The notes under the pieces are model-generated. The model saw nothing but the letters and a program-made list of their open reading frames with translations, was not told where the DNA came from and searched no databases. The translations under genes and the position numbers were made by a program. This document shows, piece by piece, positions 1-10,761 of a DNA stretch of 43,189 bases (positions are counted from its first letter, which is position 1; every line of letters begins with the position of its first letter). Source of the stretch: Parvularia atlantis (lineage: Eukaryota); contig CALSCO010001072.1 of assembly GCA_943704415.1 (NCBI GenBank), forward strand, positions 1 through 43,189, read 5' to 3'.

Positions 1-682
1 GCGCGATGTCGGCCTCGATCGCGTCGATGCCCGCCTTGACCTTCTGCTGCTGCGGCTCGAGCGCGCTGCCGAGCGTGACGATGGCCGCGCGCTGCTTCTC
101 GAGGCCTTCCGCGACGGGCACGAACGGGTGGCCCTTGTGCGGCGCGGTGATGCAGTCGACGCAGGCGAGCTGGTCGCATCGGTCGCAGAACTGCGTCGCG
201 CGGTTGGCCGGGTGCGCCTTGCACGTCGGCACGCTCGTCGCCGCGCCGGGCTTGGCCGTCACGACGTGCGTCCGGTTCACCTTGGCGCGCTGGTGCGCCT
301 CGGCCTCTGTCGTGCACAGGTCGATCGCGCACGTCTCGCAGCGGTGCGTCGCGGGCGCCTCCTCGCACGACTGGCACATCGTCACCATCGCATCGGCCGT
401 CGCAGCGGCGGGCTCGAGCAGGTCGGCGCGGGCAAACTCGGCGTGGCAGTACGTCAGGCCGAGCAGGAACAGGCACTTGCGGCGCGCGTCGGTCGTCTTG
501 CGCATGCACCCTGCGCAGATCGGGTGCAGGCACGGCGTCCGTCCCGCGTCCGCGCCGAGCGCATCCAGGCAGAATGGGCACGCTTGCGCCATGCACGCTG
601 TGAGCGACAGCCGGCAAGCATCGGCCGAGAGAGAGAGAGAGAGAGAGAGCGCACCCGGCTTGCCAACCTCGGCATACGCCAT
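1..682 (-). CDS. RING-Bbox1-Bbox2-coiled-coil (TRIM-like) protein, 3' part outside the window
   Basis: ATG at 682 and one phase-1 intron (583-654, GTGCGC..CTCAC..AAG). Hand translation: MAYAEVGKPACPFCLDALGADAGRTPCLHPICAGCMRKTTDARRKCLFLLGLTYCHAEF..CQSCEEAPATHRCETC..CKAHPANRATQFCDRCDQLACVDCITAPHKGHPF. It is a clear paralog of the 10762-13133 gene and is not in the ORF track. Confidence 0.85.
   Translation of the reverse strand, partial: MAYAEVGKPGALSLSLSLSADACRLSLTACMAQACPFCLDALGADAGRTPCLHPICAGCMRKTTDARRKCLFLLGLTYCHAEFARADLLEPAAATADAMVTMCQSCEEAPATHRCETCAIDLCTTEAEAHQRAKVNRTHVVTAKPGAATSVPTCKAHPANRATQFCDRCDQLACVDCITAPHKGHPFVPVAEGLEKQRAAIVTLGSALEPQQQKVKAGIDAIEADIA
627..649. repeat. (GA)n microsatellite inside the first intron of the TRIM-like gene
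   Basis: Perfect GA repeat read directly. Confidence 0.95.
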
Positions 683-876
683 CGAAGCTCGACTGAAACC
701 CGAAATTGCGCTCGACGTTCGAGCGTCTTGGTGCCGCGCCTCCGCGCCGCTGCCCCGTGCTTCTTCGCTGTGGGTCGTGGGCGGCGCGGGTGCCACGCGG
801 GTGCGGCACAAATGCGTGACGGGCGCGGCGGTCCCCTTTGCCGAGCTGAGCGGCGCGCGCCCGTAGAACTCGTTCC

Positions 877-3800
877 ATGGTCACGACCGAGCGCGCCCCG
901 ATGAGCATGGGCGGCGACGCGGCTGTGGCTGTGCTCGCCGTCGGGATGCGCCGGAGCCTCGCCCGCGCCGCGCCGCCGCCGCCGTCCGTGCCTGCACCGC
1001 ACGCAGCCGACGTCCCCGCCGCACCAGCAGCGGCAGCAGCAGCAGCAGCAGCGGCAGCGGCAGCAGACGGAGCAGCATCAGCAGCGGCGGAACACGCCAA
1101 TGGGACGCACGAGACCGAGGCGACCGTGCTGTTTGCGGTGCGGCGCGCGCATGCCCGCTCACGTGAGCCGTGCGCGCGCCAAGCTCACGTGCGCACTGCA
1201 CGCAGGACGCGCCCTCGATCGAGCTGCCGCCCATGCCGCCGATCGTCCCCCTCGAGCCGTCGCCGACGTCGGTCGCCGTGCGCCTCACCGTGCCGCACGT
1301 GGCGCCGCCGCCTCCGCCCGCCGATGGCGCGAAGGACGCGCCACCGCAGCCCCAGGTGCCGCTGTGGTCGTTCGCGCGCACAGCCACTCACGCCTCGTCT
1401 GCGTGTGCACAGACAAAGCTCGGCTACCGCGTCTGGCTCAGCCTCGACGCCGCCGGGCCGTACTAGTGCGTGCTGCGCTCGCGCGCCTGCGATCGCGTCT
1501 CACAAGAAGCGCGCAGCGTGGTCAACGAGGGCGACGCCGTGCCCGCAACAGTCATCGACGTCGAGCTCGGGGCGCTGCAGAGCATGTGCCCGTACTGGGT
1601 CAAGGCCGAGCTGCTGATGCTGCAGCCACACAAGATTGAGGGCAACTACTCGGACCCGATCGTGGTGCGTGGCGCCGCCGTGTTTGCACGGCACGCACGG
1701 CACCGACACGCACGCGCACAAGGCCCATACGACGTCGCCCAACCCCGATCCGATGAACGTGCCCGAGCTGACGTCGCGCACGCGCAACTCGCTCTCCGTG
1801 CGCTTCCAGGCACCCAAGCGCAAGGCACGTGCACACACACGCGCAAGCAGTCGCGCACTGACGCGACGCACGGCAGGGCATGACGGCCGACGGCTTTGTG
1901 ATGCTGTGGGACGAGGGCAACCTGGACGCGCGGCAGATGACCGTCTGCTACCGCGGCCAGAAGCCCATGTTCAAGCTGATGAAGCTCACGGCCAACACGC
2001 CGTACCGGCTGCAGGTGGCCGCGTTCAACGGTGCGCCCCGCTGCCGCTGCTGCAGTGTCTGGCCGGTGGGTGACGTGCGTTACATCGCGCAGCCGTCGGC
2101 ATGGGCCAGTGGTCACCGCTCGTCACCTACTACACCTCGCCGACCGTGCCGTCGCGGCCCGAGCCGCCGCAGCTTGTGGCGCAGACAGACACGTGCGCGC
2201 GCGCGCGCGCACCTCCGAGCGCACACGCCGCTGCTGACGCACGCGCAGCACGCTCACGCTATCGTGGCCCGAGCCGGCGTCAAACGGTGCGCCGATTACG
2301 AGCTACAAGCTTGAGCTGGACGGTGCGCGTCGCGGCTCACGTGTCACGCGTGCTCATGCGTGCACGCAGACCTCAAGTCGGGCTACTTCATGTCGGTCTA
2401 CAACGGCGAGTCGAGCAGCTGCATCGTGCAGCAGCTCGTGCGCAGTGCGTCCCGCCGCGTCGCACCCGCTGCGCCGCCTCAACGTGTCGCCTGCGCAGAC
2501 ACCGAGTACAAGTTCCGCCTCACCGCCAGCAACGCCGAGGGCGACTCGCTCGCCTCGGCCGTCGTCAGCTTCACCACTGCGTGCGCCCGGCCTGGCGTGC
2601 CGCCGGCGCCGCGGCTGTCCAGTCCCGTCAAATCTGACCGGGCGGTGATTTCGCTCGGTGCGCGCATACCTGCCCCTGCCTTGCGTCCGCTGACACGCGC
2701 GTGTGCAAGACGCGCCGGCCAACACGGGTGGTGCGCCCGTGGAAGAGTTCACGGTCGAGATCACAGACGCGCACAAGCTGCCGGAGGAGTACCGTGTGGC
2801 GTACCAGGGTGCGCCTGCTTCCGCGGCCGCTTCCGTGCCGCTGATTTCGCTGCGCAGGCCCCGAGCGCACGTTTGTGCTGGCGGGCCTCGTGCCTGGCTG
2901 GTCGTACAGGGTCCGCGTGCAGTGCCGCAACAGCGTCGGCGTGTCGGACTTTTCCGAGAGCCTGTCGTTCCGCACGCTGGCCGGTACGCAGCCGCATGTG
3001 CGCGTGTGCGTGTGTGCAGCGCTGTCGTCTGAGCGCGTTCGTCGCATGCAGGCCCGCCCATGCCGCCGCACTTTGGCACCGCGCACTGCACCGACCGCTC
3101 GATCGATATCACCTGGCGTGCGTCGCCACCGCGCTCGCCTGCTTAGCGCGCGGGCTGACGTTGTGTGCCGTCGCCCAGATGCACCGCAGTACGACGGGGG
3201 CGCGCCGCTGCTCGGCTATGTCATCGAGACGCGCTCCGAGGCTAGCCCCGACAGCCTCGACTTTGAGGCACGCTGCGTGCCATGCAGCCGTTAGGAGTGG
3301 CGCTCACACCCGTGTCGCACAGATGGCCGCGCAGGTCGGCAGCAAGGAGACGTCGCACACGCTCGGCAACCTCGCGCCCGGGCGGCTATACTGGTGCGCC
3401 GCGATACCTCCCCCGCGAGCGCTGCCTGACAGCGACACAGGGTCCGCGTGCGTGCCGTCAACGACTGCGGCGCAAGCGAGCCCACGGCGACCCAGGAGCT
3501 GCTCACGCGCTCTGCCGCGCCTGCGCGCCCGGCGGCCGTACGCATGGTACGCGACCAGCACGCCTTGCTTCCGTGCTGACGTCCCGCACGTGCAGACGAA
3601 CGCGACATCGAGCACGATCGCGCTCAAGTGGTCGCCCGCCGACGGCAACGGCCTCGCGGTGCAGGAGTACGCGGTCGAGATGAGCGAGGGCGGCAAGCCG
3701 TTCACGCCGGCGGCCCGCACACCCGGGCTGGCCGCGGACATCACGCACCTGCAGCCCGCGACGACCTACGCCTTTCGGCTGCAGGCGATCAACCCGCGCG

Positions 3801-5269
3801 GCGCGTCCGTCTGGAGCCCCGAGGCGAGCTTCCGAACGCAGTCGGCCTCGCCGAGCGCCGTGACGCAGATCAGCCTGAGCGAGGTGACCGCGACAGCCGT
3901 CACGATCAGCTGGGCCGCGCCGAATGACAACGGCGCGCCGGTCGAGCGGTACCGCGTCTACGTCGCGGAGGAGCAGCACCCGGACGAGCGGTCGGCGCTG
4001 ATGCAGGAGACGGCCGACACGACGCTGCGCGTGGCGGGCCTGCGCGCGAGCACGGGGTACCAGGCGCGCGTGCAGCCCATCAACGCGATCGGGCTCGGGC
4101 CGCTCTCGCGCCCTGCACGCTTCATGACGTCGGTGGAGGTGCCCGCGGCGCCCAGCGGGCTGCACGTCGTCGGCGTGACGCACAACAGCGTGAAGGTGCG
4201 CGCTTGACGCTGGCGTGTCCGCGCGGCTGACATGCCTGTGCGCAGCTCAAGTGGAAGACGCCCAGCCCCGTGACGCAGACGTACGAGTACGTGCTCCAGA
4301 TGGCCGTCGAGGTGCGCCCACAGCCCCGTGTCGTGCGGCGTGCCGACTGACGCTGCTCGCCCAGGCCGGGGAGCAGCCGCTGTACTGGGAGCCCGCGCCT
4401 GCGGCGACGTTTGAGGGCGCGAGCGCGCGCGTGCAGCGGCTGGTCTCGCTGACATCGTACTGCTTCCGCGTGGCGGCGTCCAACGCGGCGGGCGTGAGCG
4501 AGTTCTCGTCGCCCGTGGCCGTGCGCACGCCCACGGCGCCGCTGGCCCCGCCGGTGCTCCGCGTCGTGCAGGGCCCGCTGAGCGAGACGACGCTGCTGGT
4601 CTGGGGCGCGCTCCCATCGGAGATTGCGCGGTCAGTGTCGCCGTTGGCCGGCATGGGCGCGCGCAAAAAGTCGTCGAGCAACACGAGCGCCGCCGTCGCC
4701 GCCGCGTCCATCAAGGGCCGCACGCTTAGCGCGAGCGCGACGCCGCCGCGCTCCAGCTCGCCCGCCCCCGTCGACACCGCCGACACCGTCTTTGAGCTGC
4801 AGGAGACGACGACGCCCGATCAACCGCAGACGATCTACCGCGGGCCGCTCGGCGCACACGACCTGGGTGCGCTGCCGTGCTGAGCCGTCGCCGTCATCGT
4901 TGTTTGCGCACGCAGGCTCACGCTGCCGCAGGGGTGCTGGAGCCCGGGCGGCCGCCGCGCACGTTCCGCATCCGCCGCGTACAGGGCGAGGTCGAGAGCC
5001 CATGGTCGGCCGAGGTGCGGGCGGTGCGCGAGGTGACGACGGCGACACTGCGCCCAGGCACACCCGTGGTCGACGCCGACGACACGCGCGCGGTGGGCGG
5101 GCCAGCCGCGTCGCCGCGCGAGGCTTTCTTTGTCGCGCCCGGGTCGCCCTCGGCTGCCGCGAGCAGCAAGCGCGCGCAGGAGGACGTCTGGTACCTGCTT
5201 GGCTCAGCCGTGCTGCTGCTGCTCGGCGCGGCCGCGTTCCACTTCCTGCTGACCCACCCGACCTTGTGA
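877..5269 (+). CDS. FNDC3: FNDC3-like protein: Pro/Ala-rich N-terminus, ~9 fibronectin type III domains, C-terminal transmembrane anchor (~17 introns)
   Basis: Spliced exons give repeated FN3 motifs (LTANTPYRLQVAAFN, LVRNTEYKFRLTASN, LVPGWSYRVRVQCRN, LAPGRLYWVRVRAVN, LQPATTYAFRLQAIN, LRASTGYQARVQPIN, LVSLTSYCFRVAASN). The end is hydrophobic, VWYLLGSAVLLLLGAAAFHFLL, with TGA at 5267-5269. The start is uncertain (877, 901 or 907). Confidence 0.8.
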
Positions 5270-5479
5270 TCTGCCTGCCGCTCCCGTTCCCTCCCGCCGC
5301 GCTGCCCCACGCCGTCCCCCAACCCCCCGCAAACGGGCCACCGCTCGCACTACTAGCACGTGCTCCTCCTTTGTGTGGTGTGCGCCAACGATCCATCCAG
5401 CCACTCTGATCAACATGCAGTGCGCGTCGACGACACTGCACGATGCGCACTGCTGCACTTTCTTCGCTCGCCTCTCGCC

Positions 5480-6636
5480 ATGGCCCCGCCGCCGCCGCCG
5501 ACGACGACGCAGCCCGAGTTCACGCTGGCCAACTGGCCGCGCTGGAACGGCGCGCGGCCGAGCGACCGCTTCTTTGCCGCGGCGCTGACGGTGCTGATGA
5601 CGGCCGAGCTGCTCGCGGCGGCGACGTGGGCGCTCAGCCTGGCTGCGAGCGCGGCGATGCCCACGGCCGCGTCGGCCGCCGTGCTATTCGGCGGCATGGC
5701 CGGCTTCTACGCGCTGTGGGTGCGCAGCGGTGACGGCCTGCTCGTGGTGCGTTCCTACGACGCCGATGCGACGTTGACGCGACACAGCTGACACGCGCCG
5801 TTTCATCCTGCGCAGTTTGCTTGCGCCGTCGTCGCGCTCATCGTCATCTTCAGCGTCAGCCTCGTCCTGCTCTTCGCCTCGATCATCGTCGGCAGCGTGC
5901 CCCAGCCGCTCTCGATCGTCATGTGGCCGCCAGGCGCGACCGAGCCCATCGTCGACGTGAGCGGCCCGATCAAAGACGACGTGCTCGTGCGCACGCTCGA
6001 GACGCTCGTCGGCCCGCAGTCGGTACGCAGAAGAGGGCGCCGTGCCCGAGATGCGCTGACGTGCGCGCGAGCAAGCACATGCAGACCGTCGTCGCGATCA
6101 TGTCCATGCTCTGCGCCCTCTTCCTCGTCGCCCTGCTCGCCCTCGGTTCGCTCTGCAGGCCGCTGCGGCCCCTGTGCCCTGACACATGCGTGGCACAGTG
6201 ATGCAGGCGCGCACACTCTACCGCCGCGAGCTCGCCCACGCGCTCTTCGGCACCGACCCGACGCGCTCGCCGCCGATCACGCCCGTCATGGTGCGTCTTC
6301 CGCGTCTCGACCCGCTCGGGCAGCCACCCACGCGGCACGCGCGCGCAGCCGGTCGACGGCTCGCCCAAGGTGTTTGAGATGGCCAGCACGTCGCGCTCGG
6401 GTCCGGCCGTTCTGCAAGGTACGCGCGCGCATTCGCGGTCGACCGTGCGCCCGCTGATCGCGTGCGCGACCACTGACACAAACCTGGCAGCCGGCATGGT
6501 CGACGAGTTTGACAGCGACGAGCCGTTCCACCACAACGTGAGCCGGCGCGTGGGCCGCGGCGGCAGCGGCTGACCACGGCGGCGGCAGGACGTGCGCGAG
6601 GAACGCAGCAACCTGCTCATGCGCAAGACCGCCTGA
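5480..6636 (+). CDS. Uncharacterised 4-TM membrane protein with a C-terminal acidic dileucine motif (6 introns)
   Basis: ATG at 5480. Four hydrophobic segments (FFAAALTVLMTAELLAAATWAL; AASAAVLFGGMAGFYALWV; FACAVVALIVIFSVSLVLLFASIIVG; VVAIMSMLCALFLVALLALVM). Ends DVREERSNLLMRKTA* at 6636. All introns are GT-AG with branch motifs. Confidence 0.75.
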
Positions 6637-6742
6637 CCGGCCTTGACGCCTCACCTGTTCACTCTGTGCACACCGCAATCTCTCAACCAGAAGCACCGTG
6701 CCACATGCGTGCAAAAGGAACACAACGACGTGCGCTCGCTCG

Positions 6743-8230
6743 TCATGTCGTCTGCACAAAGACCGTTTCCTGCGGGCATAGGCCGGCCTCGCGCATCGTC
6801 TGCGTCGGCGGCAGCTCCGAGATCTGCGCACACACACACGCGCGTCTGAGCCGACCCAGGCACGGGCACGCGCATGGGCACGCGCACGCACCTTGCGCCG
6901 CGGAAAGTTGATCTGCAGCGTGCAGCCTTTGGACAGTGGGTACCCGAGCGAATGCACAAAGTCGAACAGGGCCTGCAGTCGGTCGCCCTCACGGAAGCGC
7001 CGCAGCACCTTCTCGCCCGTGGGCAGGCGCAGGAGCAGCTTGCACAGCTGCGCAGCGGCAAAGCGTCACGCGACCGGGGCCAGTAGGCGCCTGCGCGCAC
7101 ACGCAAACGCACGTTTGGGTCCGACTCGGCGGGCTCGTCCGGCACCTTGGCGCGCGCGTTCTCCTTCTCCATCTGCGCAGTACGGTTCAGATCAGGAAAG
7201 ACAAAACGTACGGACGCACCTCGTCGTCGCGCTTCCGCCGCTCGAGGGCCTCGGCCGCCTGCCGCTGCACCTCCTCGAGCCTCTGCCGCTCGAGCTCCTG
7301 CTGCTCGGCCGCTGCCTGCCGCTCGAGCTCCTTGAGCCGGTCCTGCTCGAGCGACTCCTTGTACGCGCGCTCCTGGTCGCGCAGGAGCGACTCGCTGCTC
7401 CACATCAGCCTCGCAGTTCCTGTGCGCGCGGCCTGACACGCACCGCTCGCTGCGCTGCTGCTCCTGCTGCTGCAACCGCAGGCGCTCCTCGGCGAGCGCG
7501 GCTCCGTTCTGCTCGGTCACGTTGAGCAGGCGCGAGAAGAACTCGTCCATCGACAGTAAGCCTGCAAGGCGCTCTCAGCTGCGACGCGCGCTCGCTCACA
7601 TTCGCGTCGGGCGCACCCTCGAACGTGTCGTACAGCGCAAGGTTGCCGCCGAGCACGGCCATGACGGCCACGAACGGGTACGACGTCACGTTGAAGAAGC
7701 CGCCGCCAAAGTCGCGCGAGTAGCGCCTGCGCGCCTGTGCTTCAGCGGCGAGGGGGCGGGCAGGCGCGCCGCACCGCAGCATCCGCCGCAGCGCCTCGCG
7801 GTGCACTGGGTCGGTCATGTCCCAGCCCCACACGACAAAGTGCTCGTGCAGGAAGCCGACGATCGCCTCAGACGAGAGCACCTCACTGCACGGGCGCCGT
7901 CAGCAGCAGGACTACAACGCGCGGATGCAGGCGCACCTGCAGAACAGGTCGCACTCGGGCACGCTCGCGTCGTGCAGGTAGATCATGAGGAAGCGGTAGT
8001 TGGTGCGGGCCTCGTCGCGCGCCTCGTTGAACGTCCCCGCGTAGAACGGCACGCGCGCGCCACCCGGGTACCGCGCGTGGAAGCGGTCGATGAACTCCTG
8101 CACGGCCACAGCCACCTCGGCAGGCGTCTCTGCGGTGCACGTCAGCCGGCTGTGCGCACGGCGTCGCCGCATGCGCAGCGCACCCGGCACGTGCTGCCCG
8201 TCGAGGTCGTCGTCGGCCTCCATCGCGTGA

Positions 8231-8282
<52 letters not shown>

Positions 8283-8805
8283 GGTGCTGCGGCACGGCGG
8301 TGCGCGCGGCCGCCATCGCGTGCACGAAGCGCTCGAAGGCGCTGTTGGCCGCGTCCTCCTCGTCCTCGCCGTCCCCATCGGCCCTGCGGCGCGTGCCCGG
8401 CCCGCGCGCCATGTGCCGCGCCATCGCGCGGAGCACGGTCGGCGGCATCGCGGCGCGCAGCTCGGGCGGGACAAGGTGCTGCAGCACGAACTGCATCCGG
8501 CCGGCCTCGTCCTCATCGTGCCGCGCGCGATCGGCCGCAGACGCAGACGCAGACGCAGCGGGCACGGCGGACGGGAGCGGCATCGGCGGCGAGTAGACGA
8601 AGCGGAACGGGCGCGGCGCGTCGTGCTCCGTCTCCTCCTCGACGTCCATCGGCGCCGGCTGCGCGCGATCGTCCTCCGCCGCCTCGTCCGCCGCCGGCTC
8701 CTCCTCCTCGACGTCCATCGGCCGTGGCGCGCCGTCTGCGGCGCCCGAAGCCGCTGCCCGTGTCACGCCACACCCATCGTGGCCGCGGAGAGGCGCACCG
8801 GCCAT
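6743..8805 (-). CDS. FAF1/FAF2-like UAS + coiled-coil + UBX p97/Cdc48 adaptor (~9 introns)
   Basis: UAS domain (FYAGTFNEARDEARTNYRFLMIYLHD..FCSEVLSSEAIVGFLHEHFVVWGWD), coiled coil (LLRDQERAYKESLEQDR) and UBX domain (LLLRLPTGEKVLRRF..LQINFPRR..EAGLCPQETVFVQ*). The start at 8805 is inferred from ATG GCC G|GTGCGC. Confidence 0.88.
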
Positions 8806-8840
8806 GCTGCGTGCGCGCTTGCTGTCTCTGCGAAACACCA

Positions 8841-10663
8841 ATGCCGGCGGACGAGCGCGTGGCCTGGACGCCGCTTCTCAGCGCGACGGCGCGGGCGCAG
8901 CGCGCGGGTGCGGCGCGGCCGTGGGCGGTGATCGCGGCGAGCGGATCGGTGCTCAGCAGCGCGATCGGGGAACAGGGCCGTTCAAGCGCCTGCTCAAGCA
9001 CCTCGCCGACCCGCGCACCGTCTCGCTCGCTGGCGGCATGCCCACGCCCGACGTCTTCCCGTTCGTGGGTGTCGACGTGCAGGCGCGGGCCGTCTGTGCG
9101 CACGCGATTCGGTGCGTGCGCGCTGACGATCGATCGCGCGAGGCAGCTGCGCGACGGCGCCCGCGTCAGCGTCAGCGGCGAAGAGCTCGGCGCGGCGCTG
9201 CAGTACTGCGGCATGAACGGCTACGCGCCGCTGCTGGCGTGGGCGCAGCAGCACGTGCGCGAGGTGCACGCGCCGCCCAACGACGTCTGGACGACGGCCG
9301 TGTCACTCGGCAGCAGCGACGGGCTGTACAAGACGGGCATGGCGCTGTTCGACCCGGGCGACGTCGTCTTCTGTGCGCGCCCGCCGCGGCCGCCGGGAAG
9401 CGCTGACCCGCGCAAAACGCAGCCGAGGAGTACACATGGGTCTCGCTGTTCTCGGTGGCGCGCGACCGCGGCGCGACGTGCGTGGCCGTGGCCGACGACG
9501 ACTACGGTGCGCCAACGGTGAAGCGTTTGCGCGAGGAGGCGCTGCTGACGAACGCGCTGCTCAGGCCTCGTGCCTGAGCAGCTCGAGGCGGCCTGCGCGC
9601 GCGCCGTGGCCGAGGGCCGCCGGCCCAAGATGGTCTACCTGGTGCCGATCGGCCAGAACCCGACCGGCACGACGCTGTCGATGGAGCGCAAGCGGCAGGT
9701 GCGTGTCCTGTGTGCTGCGCGCTGCGTTTGCTGCGTGGGGGCTGACGCGGGCGCGTGCTTGTGGCAGATCTACGCGATCGCGCAGACGTACGACCTCGTC
9801 ATCGTCGAGGACGACGCGTACTTTTTCCTGACCCTGCCCGCGCTCGACACGCCCGGTGCGCGCCCCCGCCCACCCTCACGCCATCGCCGACTGACACACC
9901 GTGTGCAGCCGAGACCGCGCGCATGCCCGGCCTGCACGGCCTGCCGCCGACGATGCTGTCGATCGACGTGGACGGGCGCGTGGTGCGCCTGGACACGTTC
10001 GCCAAGGCGTTCGGGCCGGGCCTGCGCCTGGGCATGACGACGGCGCACCGGGCGATCGTCGAGCCGATGCTGCTGTACGGCGAGCACAGCACCAACATGC
10101 CCAATGGCGTCGCGGCGGTGATCATCCACAAGGTGCGCGCGTGTGCACTGGCCCTGCGCTGCCCGCGGCTCATGCGTGGCACCAGACGTTTGAGCAGTGG
10201 GGCAAGGCCGGCCTGCACCAGCACCTGTGCGCGGTGCAGCTCGAGTTCCACCGACGCCGGCGCGTGCTGCTCGACCTGATGGACGCGCACCTGACAGGCC
10301 CGCGCGCCCGCTGTGCCTATCGGCCAACTGATGCGCATACGCAGGCCTGCTGCAGTGGAAGGCGCCCGAGGCGGGCATGTTTGTGTGGGTCGACTTCCCG
10401 GGCACGGCCGACGTGGAGCCGCTGGCGGAGGAGCTGATCCACGAGCATCGGTGTGCGCGGCCCGGCATCGGTTTGCTGCCGGCTGACGGGTGTGCAGGGT
10501 ACTCGTGATCGCGGGCCAGTACTTTAGCAAGGACCGCAAGCCGACGAGCCGCGCGCGGCTGACGTTTGCGCTGGCGACGGACGAGCAGATGGCGACGGGC
10601 GTGCGCCGTCTCGCTGCCTTTCTTGCGTCTCGCCGTGCTCCCGCCGCCGGTGCTGCTGCTTGA
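8841..10663 (+). CDS. Class I/II PLP-dependent aminotransferase (AADAT/Aro8-like; 9 introns)
   Basis: Motifs VSLAGGMPTPDVFPF, ALQY, YLVPIGQNPTG, IVEDDAY, VVRLDTFAKAFGPGLRLG (PLP lysine), PEAGMFVW and RLTFA. TGA at 10661-10663. Confidence 0.92.
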
Positions 10664-10761
10664 CGTGCGATGTCTTTGCGCGTCGGCCGCGCGGCGTGAG
10701 AAGTTGTGTCACAAGGTCAGACGTGTCACACACTCTCGAGGGGCACGTTGCCGCTGCGACG

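Noticed and set aside
1461..1466. In-frame TAG in FNDC3 suggesting stop-codon reassignment
   Set aside because: It spans a splice donor (TA|GTGCGT) and splicing yields TAC. All genes end in standard stops.
4866..4930. Apparent GG donor in the last FNDC3 intron
   Set aside because: A normal phase-1 GT-AG intron using the downstream CTCAC..CGCAG acceptor at 4931 restores the frame.
10704..10733. Repeated GTGTCACA upstream of the TRIM-NHL gene (also near 18279)
   Set aside because: There are too few occurrences, and similar words occur in introns, so it cannot be distinguished from background.
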